Assembly (NCBI GenBank): GCA_030295235.1
Contig: AP026124.1
Coordinates: 1,116,001-1,180,000, forward strand
DNA length: 64,000 nucleotides
Direction of reading: 5' to 3'
DNA from: Fistulifera solaris
Lineage: Eukaryota
Shown here: piece by piece, positions 12,748 to 25,721 of the stretch
How positions within the stretch are numbered: position 1 is the first letter of the stretch
How the letters are laid out: the number at the start of each line of letters is the position of its first letter
The notes under the pieces: generated by a model
What the model saw: the letters and a program-made list of their open reading frames with translations, nothing else
What the model was told of the DNA's origin: nothing
The model's database searches: none
Position numbers and translations under genes: made by a program

Positions 12748-15700
12748 ATGGACAAAAACGCCGCGATTCGTCAGCGTATGAAAGAGAGCCAAAATAAGAC
12801 TTCATCTCAGTCGCTTATCAGTGCCGACAAGGAAAACTTCCCCAAAGCGCAATCGTCGTCGCATGAAACAACTTCTCCGTTTGTGTCTTGTTATACCAGC
12901 GGCGTCGACGAGAGTAGCTTTCACACAGCCGACGGAAAGAGTATCCTGTCAAATTTGATGTCTCCACTCCCAGGAAACAACAACGAAAGCCAGAATCAAT
13001 CGTATTGGGCGATGGTCGGGCAATACAGCCTAAGTCATTCAAACAACAAAGAGAATAGCAACCAGCAGATTATGGAGGATTCCTTGATCAGCATGTCGCC
13101 TGCCGAAAAATCGTCTCGCCATTGGTCGTGGCAATCGTCTCTCCTACCGGATACATCTATTAGTCCCATCAAATCAATGACGCCCCAGAAAACAGGCACG
13201 CCTGCAGTATCCGAAGACCCGACGAGATATCTGGAGGAATGGGAAAACGAAGCAGCAGCTGATCCGCAAGCGATCGTGGAGGTTGTTTCAAACAGTCAAG
13301 ATGACTCGGATGTCGTATCCGACGAACTCCATGTTTCAGACGTGCTCTCGCCTGTCTCGGGTCCGACTCTGTTGGCGACCAAACAATATTTGGAGAAAAT
13401 TCAAAAACTCGAAGTGGAACTCAGAGCTACGAAACGAAAAGTCGACGAGGAAATGCTGCGTCGAAACAAGCTCGAACCAGGTGAGCTCGACCTCAGTCAA
13501 TCACTGGACAATGCGGCTTCGTCGAGTCACCAGCGACTTGTGGATCGTAACAAAACATTGGCCAAAGAAGTCCGCTTCGCTGATCAGACTTGCGTCGAAC
13601 TATCTGGGAAGAATTCTGCTTTGGAAAGAGAAATCGCAGTACTACGCGAGCAACTGGATCATCTCCGTAATCGAAATGATGTTCTCCAAGAGAAGACAGC
13701 TGAGTCACAGGCGCAATCACAACAGCTTCAGCAAAAGGTGGCGGATCTCGAATCTTTTTACTCGAAAAATGAACTTGAAGTGGCTCGCCTCAAGGACGAG
13801 AAAGTGAAGATGAACGAGGAATTGAACAAAGCGAAGGCAGTTGCAGCTAGGTGGGAGTTTCAGTGCCAGTTCGTCAGAAACCAGCTCAATGAACGAAACG
13901 AGAATGCCAGTGATAATACAAATAATCACGCTGAGTCACAGGCGCAGTTGGCGATTGTTACCGAGGAAAGGAACACGCTCCGAGCTAGTGCACAGCAGCT
14001 AGAAAAATATGTTGTTGACCTCGAGGAAGAACGAAATCAGCTACAACGAGAGAAGCTGGAATTGACGACAATGAAGGAAGTACATTGTGCAGAAATCGAT
14101 TCGTTGACCAATCTTCTTGTGTCGACTCGTGAACAGCTAGGTACAGCACAGAACGAGACTTCGGATGCAAGTCAGCAAGTTGAACATCTGCGGAAGGAGC
14201 TCGGTTTACGCGAGACCCAACACAAAAAGCAAATGGCCGACTACGTTGCCGAAGTTTCCCGTTTGCAACTGAACGCATCGTCGGTGAAGAAAACAGGGGA
14301 ACAGCATGAGAATGAAGTCAGCAGTTATCAAAATCAGCTCAGGGTTCGAAATGAGGAGTTTGAGCGATTGGAAATTCACATCACTAAAGTTCTTGAAGAG
14401 AAGAGAGACGTTGAGCTATTGCTGGAGGAGTCTCGCAGCGTCGTCGCGCGCCAAGAGAGTCAGGTGACTGTTGCCCATAATTCGCTCCAACAAAAAGAGC
14501 TGAAATTGAAAAAGTGGTCGACTTGCTTGCCAAGGCCGATCAGCGAGCCGTCGAAGCGCAGGAGAAATTAATTCAAGGGGTGAAGAGCTTTTTCGACAAA
14601 GCGAACCGAATGGAAGCAGTGTTAGGAAACCAGGCTTCACAGCTTCAAGAGAGACTAAGCAACCTCACTGTTCAACTCAAGTTCATCAGCAGTGCTATTG
14701 ATTTCGACAACGAATCGTCTGTTGCATCTCATCTTTCACGGGAAAAGGAGGATGAAATTGAGCTGGGGGATGTTTCAAGATCGCTTGCACTGAACGCGAC
14801 TTTGAACCTGGAAAAAATGGAAGAGGCGAGGACATCGTTTGATGTTAAGCATGCCATGAGTGCAGATATAGTTGAATCTCCTTGTCTCTCAGCTGGTGAG
14901 AGAACCGAATTATCTAGTATTCACGACGCGTCCCAGTTCTTCTCTGACGGAGCCAGCAAGTCTTCTTCTGAGGAGGAGCTTCAATTTGAAAAGAATGCAG
15001 AATCTTGTTCACCCGTTACTCCTAGTGTTAAAGAAACAAGAGTTTCGGACCGTTTTCATATCAAACCTTTCTTCGACAATGGCATCGATCTTTCTCCCGG
15101 CGAACTACATGATCTGCACATTAAAATGCAGAAATATCGGACGGAGCGCAACTCCCTTCTTGAAAAGTACGAACTTCTAGAAAGGGAGAAAACTGCGTTA
15201 GAAGCCACGCTGGAAACGAGAACCCGCGAGCTTAATTTCGAGCTCAAACACAGCACTAGCCTCACGCGGGTTGTTGATGATTTAACAAGAAAGCAAAAGG
15301 ATACTGAGGAATACGTGACGATGGTGAACCAAGAAAAGGAAGAAATAGCTCAGAAGCTTCAGATGGTCGAAGAGGAGCTGCTCATGGCTCAAGAGAGAAT
15401 CACTGATTTGGTCAAGAATGTCCACAAGTTATTACAACGCCAAGGTGAATCATCACATTATTCGGCCGAACTCCAAGAAATTCTCTTGCTCACCGAGGCT
15501 GAAAAGAAGAAGTACAAGGAGTCAATGAGTTTATTCAGCAAACAGACAGCTCAAGCTGTCAATACGATTCATGAGCTTGAGCATCGAATTCAAGAAGGTG
15601 AAAATGCCTCGGGCAACATTGAGACCTATAGAACGAGACTGGTCTTGCTCGATTCGCGGCTTCGTGAGACAGAAGCAAAACTTCAACTATCAGAAGAAAG

Positions 15701-17283
15701 TTGTTTGGCACTACGAGAGCAGAACCTTAGTTACCAACAAGAATTAGGTTCTTTGGTGGAAGAAAAGAATGCTATTATGCAGGAACGAAATAATTGTTTG
15801 AAGGAGTTAAGCACACTCTCAAAGAATCTTCAATCTGACACAGAGAATTCCAAGATCCTAAGTTCGAAATTTGATAGCCGCACGGCAAAATTGTTGGTCA
15901 AAAATGACGAGTTACGAAAGCTTCAAGAAGAGCTGCTTCGATCCAATGCAGAGTTGGAAAAGTTCAAAGGATCTTTTGCCAAGACCAACAGCGAGCTCAG
16001 CTGTGTCTCGCGTCGTCAATCCGAACTTGAAGCGATCACAAAGCAAATGAAGGATGATTACGAGAATAGACTCTCCGAATTGCGCCAGGAAAACCAGGCG
16101 GAGATCGAGCGTGTAAGCAATGAGAACATGTTGCTGATCAATGAATCTTCAGACCTTAAGGTGGAACTGAACAAGCAAGATGCCAGGCGCAACGAACTTG
16201 AGAAGCGATTGGAACAAGTCTCGAAAGATCTAGAATACGCACAGAAAGAACTGGCCGAGCGCGACGTGGAATTGCAAACAACGAGAGTCTCGCTGGATGA
16301 AGCGAACACATGCGTGATGGGTTTGAAGTCATCCTTTTGGCATGCAATGAGAGACTTGCGAGTCTTACGGCTGCGCACACCGAGGGCGTTGTTGAAATGG
16401 AACGATACAGGAATCTTCTCGAATCCGCTGATGACTTGGAATCTGCTGCGACGGCTCGTTTTCTCGATGCACAGAGTAAGCTCGAGCAAGTCCAGGAAGA
16501 GCGTGACAGCCTGCGGCTAGAGTGCCAGGTCATGGCTGAAAAGTTGCGCGATATTGAGAAGTATTACACAGACCTTGAAACGACTGCAACAAAGAAAAGC
16601 GATAAACAGGAGAAAAATCATAATCAAGAAATTAAACGGCTGCACGAAGTTCTTGAAGTTACCCGAGCAGAACTTGAAAGTCGTGATGCTCGTATAAAAC
16701 AACTTGTTCAAGAAGTCCAAAAATTGAATTCCATTGTGTCGACAATGAAGACAAAACAGGTCGAGGCTGAGAACACGACCAGAAAACTACGTGCTTCGTC
16801 GAAGGAGCTAGCAGCCATCAAAGACGAATTGGATATTGTGAGAAGGGATGCGAGCGATAAGAGCCAACAATTGCAAGACTTCGCTGGTATCAAAGCTTCC
16901 TTGGAACTAAAAATTCGCCGTCTCCGCGACCACATTCGAGAACAAGGAAAGAAAAATCATTCGGTGGGAAGAATTCCATGAAAAAGGGTGCGATTTCTGA
17001 ACAAAATCAGAGAATCAAACAAGAGGACACGTGAAAGTGCAGCAAAATTAGCGCAGTTCTATTCGGAAAATGGTCAGGTAAGTCTTGATGACTCGCAATC
17101 ATGTTATGGGGTATCATTGTCTCATCATTTGTTTTTATCTATCGTTAACAGCTACGAGGAGTACCACGAACTCCCTGGACGACGACGGAACAGTCCGATC
17201 TCCAATATCTCCACGAACAGCTTGAGACGGAACTTTTCGAGATTTCAAAAGAACTGGCGCATGTAGTGCCACAATTCGCGTAG
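12748..17283 (+). CDS. Large coiled-coil protein (~1450 aa), centrosomal/cytoskeletal-like
   Basis: Ser/Pro-rich N-terminus followed by long E/K/L/Q heptads. Frameshifts at ~14510, ~16320 and ~16983. Intron 17078-17151; stop TAG at 17281-17283. Confidence 0.7.
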
Positions 17284-17305
17284 ACCCACAAAAATAAGAT
17301 AACAT

Positions 17306-17715
17306 TTAATTATTGAGATAGTCTTGAACTACTTTGACTGCTTTGTTCCACGATTTTGTAAAGCTTAGATCTTCTGATTGTAGCTGCAACGGAAGGAAGC
17401 GATACATTTAGAGCCTCAGATCTCATTACTCATCGCGCAAACTCCTAGCAACGCCCGGCCGACGTACCTGCCTTGTACTACCCCGCGATGATCGTATCTG
17501 TTCAGCAAGAGCTTTCAACTGCTCTTCTCCAAATTCTTAAAATCAAGAGATGATTTTAGATGAGAGAAAATGATGTTGAGCCTTTCACAACAAATAGTTC
17601 ATACCTCTAAAAGCCCATTTCTTCGACAATCTCGTTCTATGGGATATCTGTTCGTCCACCATGAGGAACGATACTCCGGCAACGAGCGAACCCACGAAAA
17701 ACGAAGGGGGTGCAT
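17306..17715 (-). CDS. Small three-exon membrane protein, MICOS Mic12/QIL1(Mic13)-like
   Basis: Exons 17715-17605, 17535-17468 and 17383-17306 with GT-AG introns. One C is missing in the 17706-17710 run. The 85-aa product has an N-terminal TM segment (FFVGSLVAGVSFLMV) and C-terminal KSWNKAV. Confidence 0.6.
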
Positions 17716-18131
17716 TTCTTTCCTTCGAAAAATTAAAAGTGAATAAAGGATATGAATGAAACAAAAGTCATTCACACCCTTGTAAATGACAACGATGAAA
17801 TTGCTACAGTACCTGGTATCTCGCCAAGAAAAAAATCATTTTCTCTACGTCTAACCCTAATCAGACAAATGCCAGCAATTATCTTTAACTGGTACGGATT
17901 ATTTAACACGTCGCATTGTGACGATTTGTACATAGAAATGAATACCGTAAAATTTGTGTTGTCAAAGGTGTTACCTGGTACCGGTACCGTACCGGTACCA
18001 GGTAGGGTGGGCGGAAACCTTGGGTGGTCGCATTTCCGTTGCATCTCAAAAAGAGACTCGACGATGACCTATTCTCACTTGTAAGCCTATTTAGTCTCTT
18101 ATCAATGCCTTCCACAGAATAGTCAGATGCG

Positions 18132-18856
18132 ATGAAAGAAACTGCTCTTGTTCATAGGAAGATCGCTATTCTCGGCTTTCGCGCGGTGGGGAAATCGAGT
18201 CTGACGAGTGCGTTCGTCACTGGTGTTTTCTCAGAATCGTACGATCCAACGATAGAAAGTACACAGCATAAAACAATTCGGTTTCGGAAAGTCCACTTTG
18301 CGACTGATATAGTCGACACTGCGGGGATGGTGAGTTCGTCCGAGGGAAGTCTCTGTCGCGTTTTAGAATTCTGCTAAACGGTTGGACGCTTATACTTTAT
18401 TGTCTTCAAAGGACGAGTATTCACGACTCTCTCGGAACGCATCCCTGGGTGTTCACGGTTATGCGTTGGTATTCAGCGTTACATCGCGGCGGTCTTTCGA
18501 CATAATTGGCCAAGTTAATGAGTCTTTACTGAACATGCTGGGCGATGCACCGGATGTCCCCCGAGTGCTGGTTGGTTGCATGAAAGATTTGGCAGATCAA
18601 CGTCAAGTTTCACACATGGTAAGCCGGCACACGGATTGGATTCATTTTTCTGTAGTTTGATGATCCAACTGAGAACTCATGCGACATACTTTTAGGACGC
18701 TCAAAAACTCGCTGATTCTCTAGGTATACCTTACGTGGAATGCTCGAGTAAAACTGGCGAAAATGTCGCCGACGTATTTCATACACTCATAAAAGAAATC
18801 GAAAAGATGATGGACTCCTAGCTGACGCGGGAAGTGAAGGATGTAACATTTTGTAA
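18132..18856 (+). CDS. RHEB: Rheb small GTPase (TORC1 activator)
   Basis: G1 GFRAVGKS with the Rheb-typical Arg, effector YDPTIE, and C-terminal CaaX CNIL. Introns 18330-18411 and 18619-18695; 1-A deletion at ~18802. Confidence 0.9.
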
Positions 18857-19333
18857 CAAAGGGCGAGCTAGGTCGATTGTATATTGTACAAAAGCGCGAT
18901 TTCCTACTTGTATGATTGATAGAGAGAATAAATAATGATTTCATAAATATGAAGCTATGGTGGTATTGATGGCATTTACTCCCTGATAGCTTGCGTTTCG
19001 AAATCACCCCTTCTCAATAACGGTCTTGCATTCGCGACTGCTTTAGTACCTTGACTGCGGGGAAGTCGCGCTTGAGGAGTGAGGAGTCGCGGATCGAAGA
19101 AATCGTTATATCTGAAAAATAACAAACAAGTCTTACAGGTTATCACTGTATACTTGTATGAAGTACTGTCATAATTATTCGCTTTTCCTCCTCGATGACC
19201 TCTTTTACACGTATTACGAAAAAGGCGAATGTTTGAGATGGCGAGTACAAGTATCTTGTGATCCGACAATGAGCCATTGCTTTGCGTCTTTTGATTTAAC
19301 GAGCGACCGCGAAAGACCTTAAGCAAACTGTCG

Positions 19334-21200
19334 ATGAACACTGTAAAAATCTATGGGTCCACGGATGCCGATTGTGGATATTGCAAGGGCCAACGGGCAG
19401 CTATCGTCGACAAGACCAGTGAAGCCTGCTCAAAAGCCTATACGGTAGTTGCTTCGAATTTAGAACCGAGAATTTACGAAAACCTTGTTAGCAGAGGATG
19501 GAGAAGATCGGGTGTCGCTATATACAAACCCGATAACTGGAACTCTTGTTGCCCAGCGTTGACTATCCGTCTCCCTGTAAAACAATTTACCCCTTCACGT
19601 GGACAACGAAAAATTTTGAAAAGAATGGACAATCTGCTTTCTGGCGGCGCATCTACTCCCGACATAATCGCGGAGAAGTCAAAGTCATCATCTCCTAGTG
19701 TTCCTCCAGCTTTAAACGATTTACTTCGATCATCTGGCGTCCTATCGTCGCTTCGGCATATAAGCGACTCAATCCTCGCTACAATTCTTCTCCAGCGCTG
19801 GCCTAATGTGAATTCGCATGGTGCTTTCCCACCTTTTAAGGTTCTTTGTAAGGAAGAAAATCGTAAAGAAAACCAGGACAAGATAAAGGGGAGTCTTTCT
19901 CGCGTCACACTAATGTCGACAGTCTGCGCAATGATTGCGGGAAAGTCAAAAGGCAGGGTAGATCGTGACGCCTTGTCAGAAGCATTTGTTGTTGCTATGA
20001 ACGAGTACTGCAAGGGTTTCCTTTCTTTCCCTTGAAAGAAAAGATCGACGGGATTGACAAAGCTTCGTTCAAAAGACATCGCGTCGACGCTGCGGACGCA
20101 ATTTCTGTCCTTAGCCTCGATCGACACGCGCCTTCTGGGCAACTTTTTTCGAGCTTTCAATCCCAGATTCCCTAATTGCAACACAAGGGGACACAAAATG
20201 CCCAGGAGAAACACAGGATGTGGATATGCAAGCTCCACGAGAGGATAAAGTTGCTAGTTGGTGGCGTCGGGCCTATCCCCAGATATCGTTGCCTGTCTCA
20301 CTGCCATTTCACTTATCCGTAACATCACTTCGAGCGCATGAGTCGGCTTTAGATCCTGATGTTCATCGCCTATATTGGAAGTATCAAGTGAAAGTGCACG
20401 GAGATACCGATCCTTTCGTCGACACGAACCAACAACCAAGTGCTTCTTCCGAATGGGCGACACGAGCTCCCTCCGGGTGGCGGGCAAAAGCAGATTCAGT
20501 CTTAGAATCGGAGTACTCACATCTACCTAGCGAACGCTATGAGCGCTTACGATCCGGATTTCGTTCGTTCTACGAATTCTTGGTGGAAAATCCTTTCGCG
20601 AATAATAGCGAAAATGGCGACACGGTTGAACAACAATTAGGGACTATTCACCAACACTATAGATTAGCAAACGGATTGCTGATTGCTGTTGGAGTTGTTG
20701 ATGTATTGCCACAGGGGTTATCATCCGTCTATCTTTTCTACGATCCAAGCTTTTCTGATGAACTTGTTCCTCTCGGGAAATACTCGATTCTCAAAGAAAT
20801 TGAATGGACACAGTGTTCGGGATTGCCGTTCTATTACCTAGGCTACTATATCGAAAGTTGCCAGAAGATGAGATACAAAGCCGAATACAAACCAAGTCAA
20901 TTACTTTGTCCAACCACTTACGAATGGGTTGACGCTGACAAAGCGGTTTCAAAGCTACAGCGAGAAAGTCCCATCAAACACTGTTGTACTCTGGCAGACC
21001 AGCCTCTGGGGCATGCACCAGAGGCTGACGCAGATACATCCTTGAGCCAAATCCAGATGGATATTGGCCAGGATAATGCGATAACAATCGATATGCTGAC
21101 TCCTGAAGGACAGGACATCGTCAAACCAATTCTACTAGAGTTCTTATCAGAAGCAAGTCCTCGAATAGCTACTCAATGCATGATTGATCTCAGACCGTAA
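19334..21200 (+). CDS. ATE1: Arginyl-tRNA--protein transferase
   Basis: CGYCK, YENLVSRGWRRSG, CCPALTIRL; C-terminal domain KYQVKVHGD, LIAVGVVDVLPQGLSSVYLFYDP, YYLGYYIESCQKMRYKAEYKP. Frameshift(s) between 20010 and 20220. Confidence 0.93.
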
Positions 21201-21248
21201 ACCGATGCCTGATTCCTGCATTGCAATGATACCACTACAAATTTTACT

Positions 21249-22027
21249 TCATACTTCTAATATAGATAGAATTTGATCCAGATATTTCACAGCATCGGCG
21301 ATTGCACGTCTTGTTTCTGCTAGTTGGTTGTTCGATTCTAGGACCGTATTCACATTATCCTTGTCAAAGTTGTTGACTGCCGTGAAATCGGCTACCCCAG
21401 CCGTGTAGCTCAATGAATCGGCCTTTGAAAGTGCCTGTTGAAGGTCTTCCGACGCCTGAATGAATTCGTCCAAACGATCCGGATCATCCAGTAGCTCGAT
21501 TGCTTTCCGAAGATTCTTGTCAAGTCCAACCAGTGGACCAACTCCTGTGCGTCCTAGGTAGTCTCGAATCTTTTTATTCGATGTCTTACACGTGATCACT
21601 GACACGGATTTGTCAAAAGAGCATACGTGCTAGCCTTTTCCAAAAGAAGTTCTTTATTCTTTTGTTCCAGTAAATCGCGTGGAACATCAGCATATGTACA
21701 ATCAACGACGGATGTCTCCCACTTGTCCAGTAAGTTCTGCAATACTTTTCGGGCGTCTGCTATTGGCTTAATTAAGGTGGTTCGAGGTTCGGTTGCACTT
21801 GCAGGCATGGCTATCAATGTATTCGCAAGAATGGCCCTCGAAGTGTATATGAATGTTTGTATCCACGAACGTCGATCAGTTGGACCGTATATGGAAGCTT
21901 GGTTAAGTGTGTGAAATGAATGACTTTTCGGAAGATGCCGATCGGTTAATCGATTCGTCAACGAGTCAGCGCCATAAAAACCTAGCAATAGAAGATATAT
22001 TACCAATATTTTTGTTAAATTCTTCAT
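21249..22027 (-). CDS. Hypothetical protein with signal plus lumen-like presequence
   Basis: MKNLTKILVIYLLLLGFYGADSL... followed by DRRSWIQ...AMPASA (Tat-like). Frameshift at ~21614. Confidence 0.6.
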
Positions 22028-22287
22028 GTTGTGTAAGATAACGTTGTTTTGGCAATGTTGTTTGAGTAAAAGCACTTCACACAGAACAGTTTTGATAATG
22101 CGATGTTCTGAAAATGTGGACGACCGTTGTAATCGGCTAAACAAACTCAACGGAGTGTATTGTTTTCTCGTCGCACAGTCGCCAGTCACGGCGACTTTTA
22201 TCTCATTTTGAGATTTTTGAATCATCTCCAGCTAAGTTATGAAACAAAATAATGAATCATAACTATAGTAAGACTAAAACCTAACAC

Positions 22288-23822
22288 CTACTCGAGGAGC
22301 TTCAGGTATTCACCTTTGGCTTCAGCTTCCCTGAGTCGGTAACCTAATACCAATTGCCAAAGGGCGAGCTGCTGCAAGGCCGCTCCGGGAATCGTCATTT
22401 CGATCTCTTCTTTCTTCACATCTTTTGCCCCCTTTGGTGGAGCAGTGGTACCTCCGCCTTCTAAAACAAAATCGACCAGCATTTGCATGGTTTTCACAAT
22501 TTCCGGACTAATGCCTTCCGTCAAGGACTTGATGTCTCCTTTTCGACTCGCAATGTACGCAGCTATACCCCCTCCATCCTGATCCAAGGAAGGTTCCAAT
22601 GAGCCTACAACTGACTGGTCTCCTAATCTTGACCCACCGGTTTCTCTTCTCAAAGCTTCTTTGAGTGCTTTGGCTTCATTCTTTAATGTCTCCATGTACT
22701 CTTGAGCGTTCATTTCCACAATAATACCATCTTCCATTTCAATTTCAATCGTTCCGGAGAGTCGCGTTTCGTAGTCGCTGTTTTCGGGTTCTTCGTCGTC
22801 TTCGTCGTCGAGACCAGCGGGAAGCGAAAGTGAATTGAGCAAGCTTTTTGTGGATCTTCACGGAGGGTCTGCGCCACACCTATTAACCCCTTTTGAAACT
22901 CATCCCAAGAAACTTTTCCGTCTTTATCTTCATCGAAGAAATCAAGAAATGCGTCAATCTCAAAGGATGGTGCTTTGCCGTCGTAGGCGTCATCCATCAA
23001 GTCCTTAATTTCCGATGCCTCAATATAACCAGATCTATCTAAATCAAGTTTGTCGAATGCTTCTTTGTATTCTTGGAGTGTAGGAGATCCTTGGAGCTTC
23101 ATAAGATCTTTAAGAGCCATTGCATACTCGGCATTGCGAAACAGATAACCCGTCATTTGCAATTGAAAACAAAGCGATGCCACCTTATCACCCGTAGACT
23201 TGACGACGACTTCGATACCCGACGTCGGACTAGCCAATCCGCCCAACAAGCTACCGACAGCGCCCGACATGGCCTGTACAACTTTGGGACTTGCTGTTGA
23301 AATAAAGCTTCCGATAGCTTGATTTGGTGATTGTGATGACATGAGTCGGAATAAAGCTTGCGAGGGGTCCTGCGATTTTCCCGATTCGACATCTTCCACT
23401 CGCTCTCGAAGTCTTCCCAATGCTCCACCCCAGTCGATTCCTGTTGCCGGTGTAAATTTCGTGTCTTTGGGGAGTGCTAATTTCGCTGCAACTTCTTCAT
23501 TCGTGTCGAGAAACTCCGATGACGCAATCTGTCGATACGGATCGAATTCCTCCTCTTCCTCGTCGTCGTCCTCCATTCCGTCTTCATCGCTTCCACCGTC
23601 AGCCGGTTGTTTTCTCGTACGAAAGAATATATCTCTTTGTATGAGAGATCTTTGTCCATGACGTCGCGCGGCGAGAGAGGAATGAGTCGTAACAATAGTG
23701 AAGGAGGAGACTGGCGACAAATTGCTGCTGATTGTGCGGAAAAGGAGAAGGACAAATATGTATGCCAGAGAGTTAAGCGGTTGCCCGCAAAGACCGGGCC
23801 TTCCTTTACTTCGCTGAATCAT
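22288..23822 (-). CDS. DUF760-like plus EF-hand protein, probably plastid
   Basis: KVASLCFQLQMTGYLFRNAEY and LALWQLVLGYRLREAE (DUF760-like repeats). EF hands DLDRSGYIEASE and DEDKDGKVSWDEF. Frameshift at ~22845. Confidence 0.75.
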
Positions 23823-24306
23823 CGTAACTTGATAATGTAGTTGACTGATTGCTTTTTAAATAAGAATAATAGTATATTTGTTCAATTGTGAAAGAACGAA
23901 AGAACGAAAGAACGATACGAAACAAAAAAAAAAGTGCACGATGGTCTGACGACGTCTGACGTTGATTGTCCCAGTGCATTTGATCCGTAATTTACACGTG
24001 TAAAATGAACTGTGGAAACATGTAGTACTCGTAGCGGTACGCAAGAACAGCCTTTAGCACGTAGGAGACGTACCGGTACCGGGTACCGGTAGATCCAACT
24101 GACCCTTTATTTTACACTTTGGCTACCATCGATCATTCTGTGGACGAGAAAATAAAACATTGGGATGCAACAACGACAGCAAAAAAACAGCCAGTAAGTC
24201 TATTCATTCATTGTTTACCCGTAGACTTTGCATCCCAATCATTTTCGGTAATCAGTCAAGCTTGTTAAAGGATAAAGGCTATTAATTGAAAGGAAAGTTT
24301 TTCATC

Positions 24307-25668
24307 ATGACGGGTTCCGGAGACAACAATGATGAAAAGGCAAAGCAGCTTTCGCCGGCCGAATCGGCTATCATCGAGATGCTCAAACAACAAAATATCT
24401 CGGCACAACCCATCTCAGCTCAACAAGGAGATTCTTCAACGCAGCATGCGTTTTGGGACAGTCAGGTACGCCGAAAGTGCCTTTCCGTAGAATTGGTCTA
24501 TTTGCCATCGCACACTTAACATTTTCTGCTTTCGTTTGCTTGGCAGCCAATGCCGCATGGCTCGCGAGATGAGCATCAAGAAGGACCCATTCAACCCAAC
24601 AAACCCGCCGAAGAGATACGTCAGGAGCCTTACGCAATGCCCGCAGGCTTTGAATGGAGTAACGTGAACGTTGAGGACGATGCCGAACGTCTTGAGCTCT
24701 ATAATCTATTAGCCAACAATTACGTGGAGGACGATGATGCGCTCTTTCGATTCGATTATAGTCACGAGTTTCTTTTGTGGGCATTAACTCCGCCAGGATT
24801 TCGCGCCGATTTTCTGTTTGGGGTTCGTAGTACTTCCAGCAAGAAGCTCGTGGCTTTCATTTCGGCCGTGCCCGCAAGAGTCAAAATCTACGATAGAGAA
24901 GTCGAAGTTGTGGAAATTAATTTTCTTTGCATTCACAAAAAGCTCCGATCGAAACGTCTCGCGCCTGTTCTCATCAAGGAGATAACGCGTCGCGTCAACT
25001 TGACGGGAGTCTTTCAAGCAGTATATACGGCAGGGACGGTCCTTCCCGTTCCTGTGGCATCGTGTCGATACTATCATAGATCGTTGAACCCAAAGAAGCT
25101 GGTGAGTGTGGGATTTTCGCGCTTGGGCAGTCGCATGACAATGGCTCGTTTGCAGAAGCTGTACAAATTACCCGGAGCGCCTTCGACAAAGGGGTTGCGA
25201 CCAATGGAAAAGAAGGATGTTGACAGTGTTCACACATTGTTGAACACATACTTGGAAAAGTTCAAGATCAAAATTATCTTTACTAAAGACGAAATCGCGC
25301 ATTGGTTGCTTCCGCGGAAGAACGTTATTGACACGTACGTGGTTGAATCGCCAAAAGGGGAGATCACGGACATGCTTTCGTTCTATCATCTACCGAGCAC
25401 GATTTTAAACCAAGATGATACCTTGTATGCAGCCTATTCATATTACAACGTCGCAACGTCTATGGACCTGCTTGAACTTATGCGAGAGGCACTCATACTA
25501 GCAAAGTCAAAAGGAACAGATGTTTTCAATGCACTCAACCTGATGGACAATCAAAGCATAATGGAGCCTCTCAAGTTTGGTATAGGAGACGGCAACCTTC
25601 AGTATTATGTTTATAACTGGGCGTGCCCCGAGATGAGTTCAGATAATGTGGGAATTGTATTGTTGTAA
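24307..25668 (+). CDS. NMT1: Glycylpeptide N-tetradecanoyltransferase (N-myristoyltransferase)
   Basis: [62 protein letters not shown], ending VGIVLL. Intron 24466-24546. Confidence 0.97.
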
Positions 25669-25721
25669 TTAAAAGTTAAGAGCAACCTTTGATTACCAAA
25701 GCGGATCTAGCCAGGTGGTTT

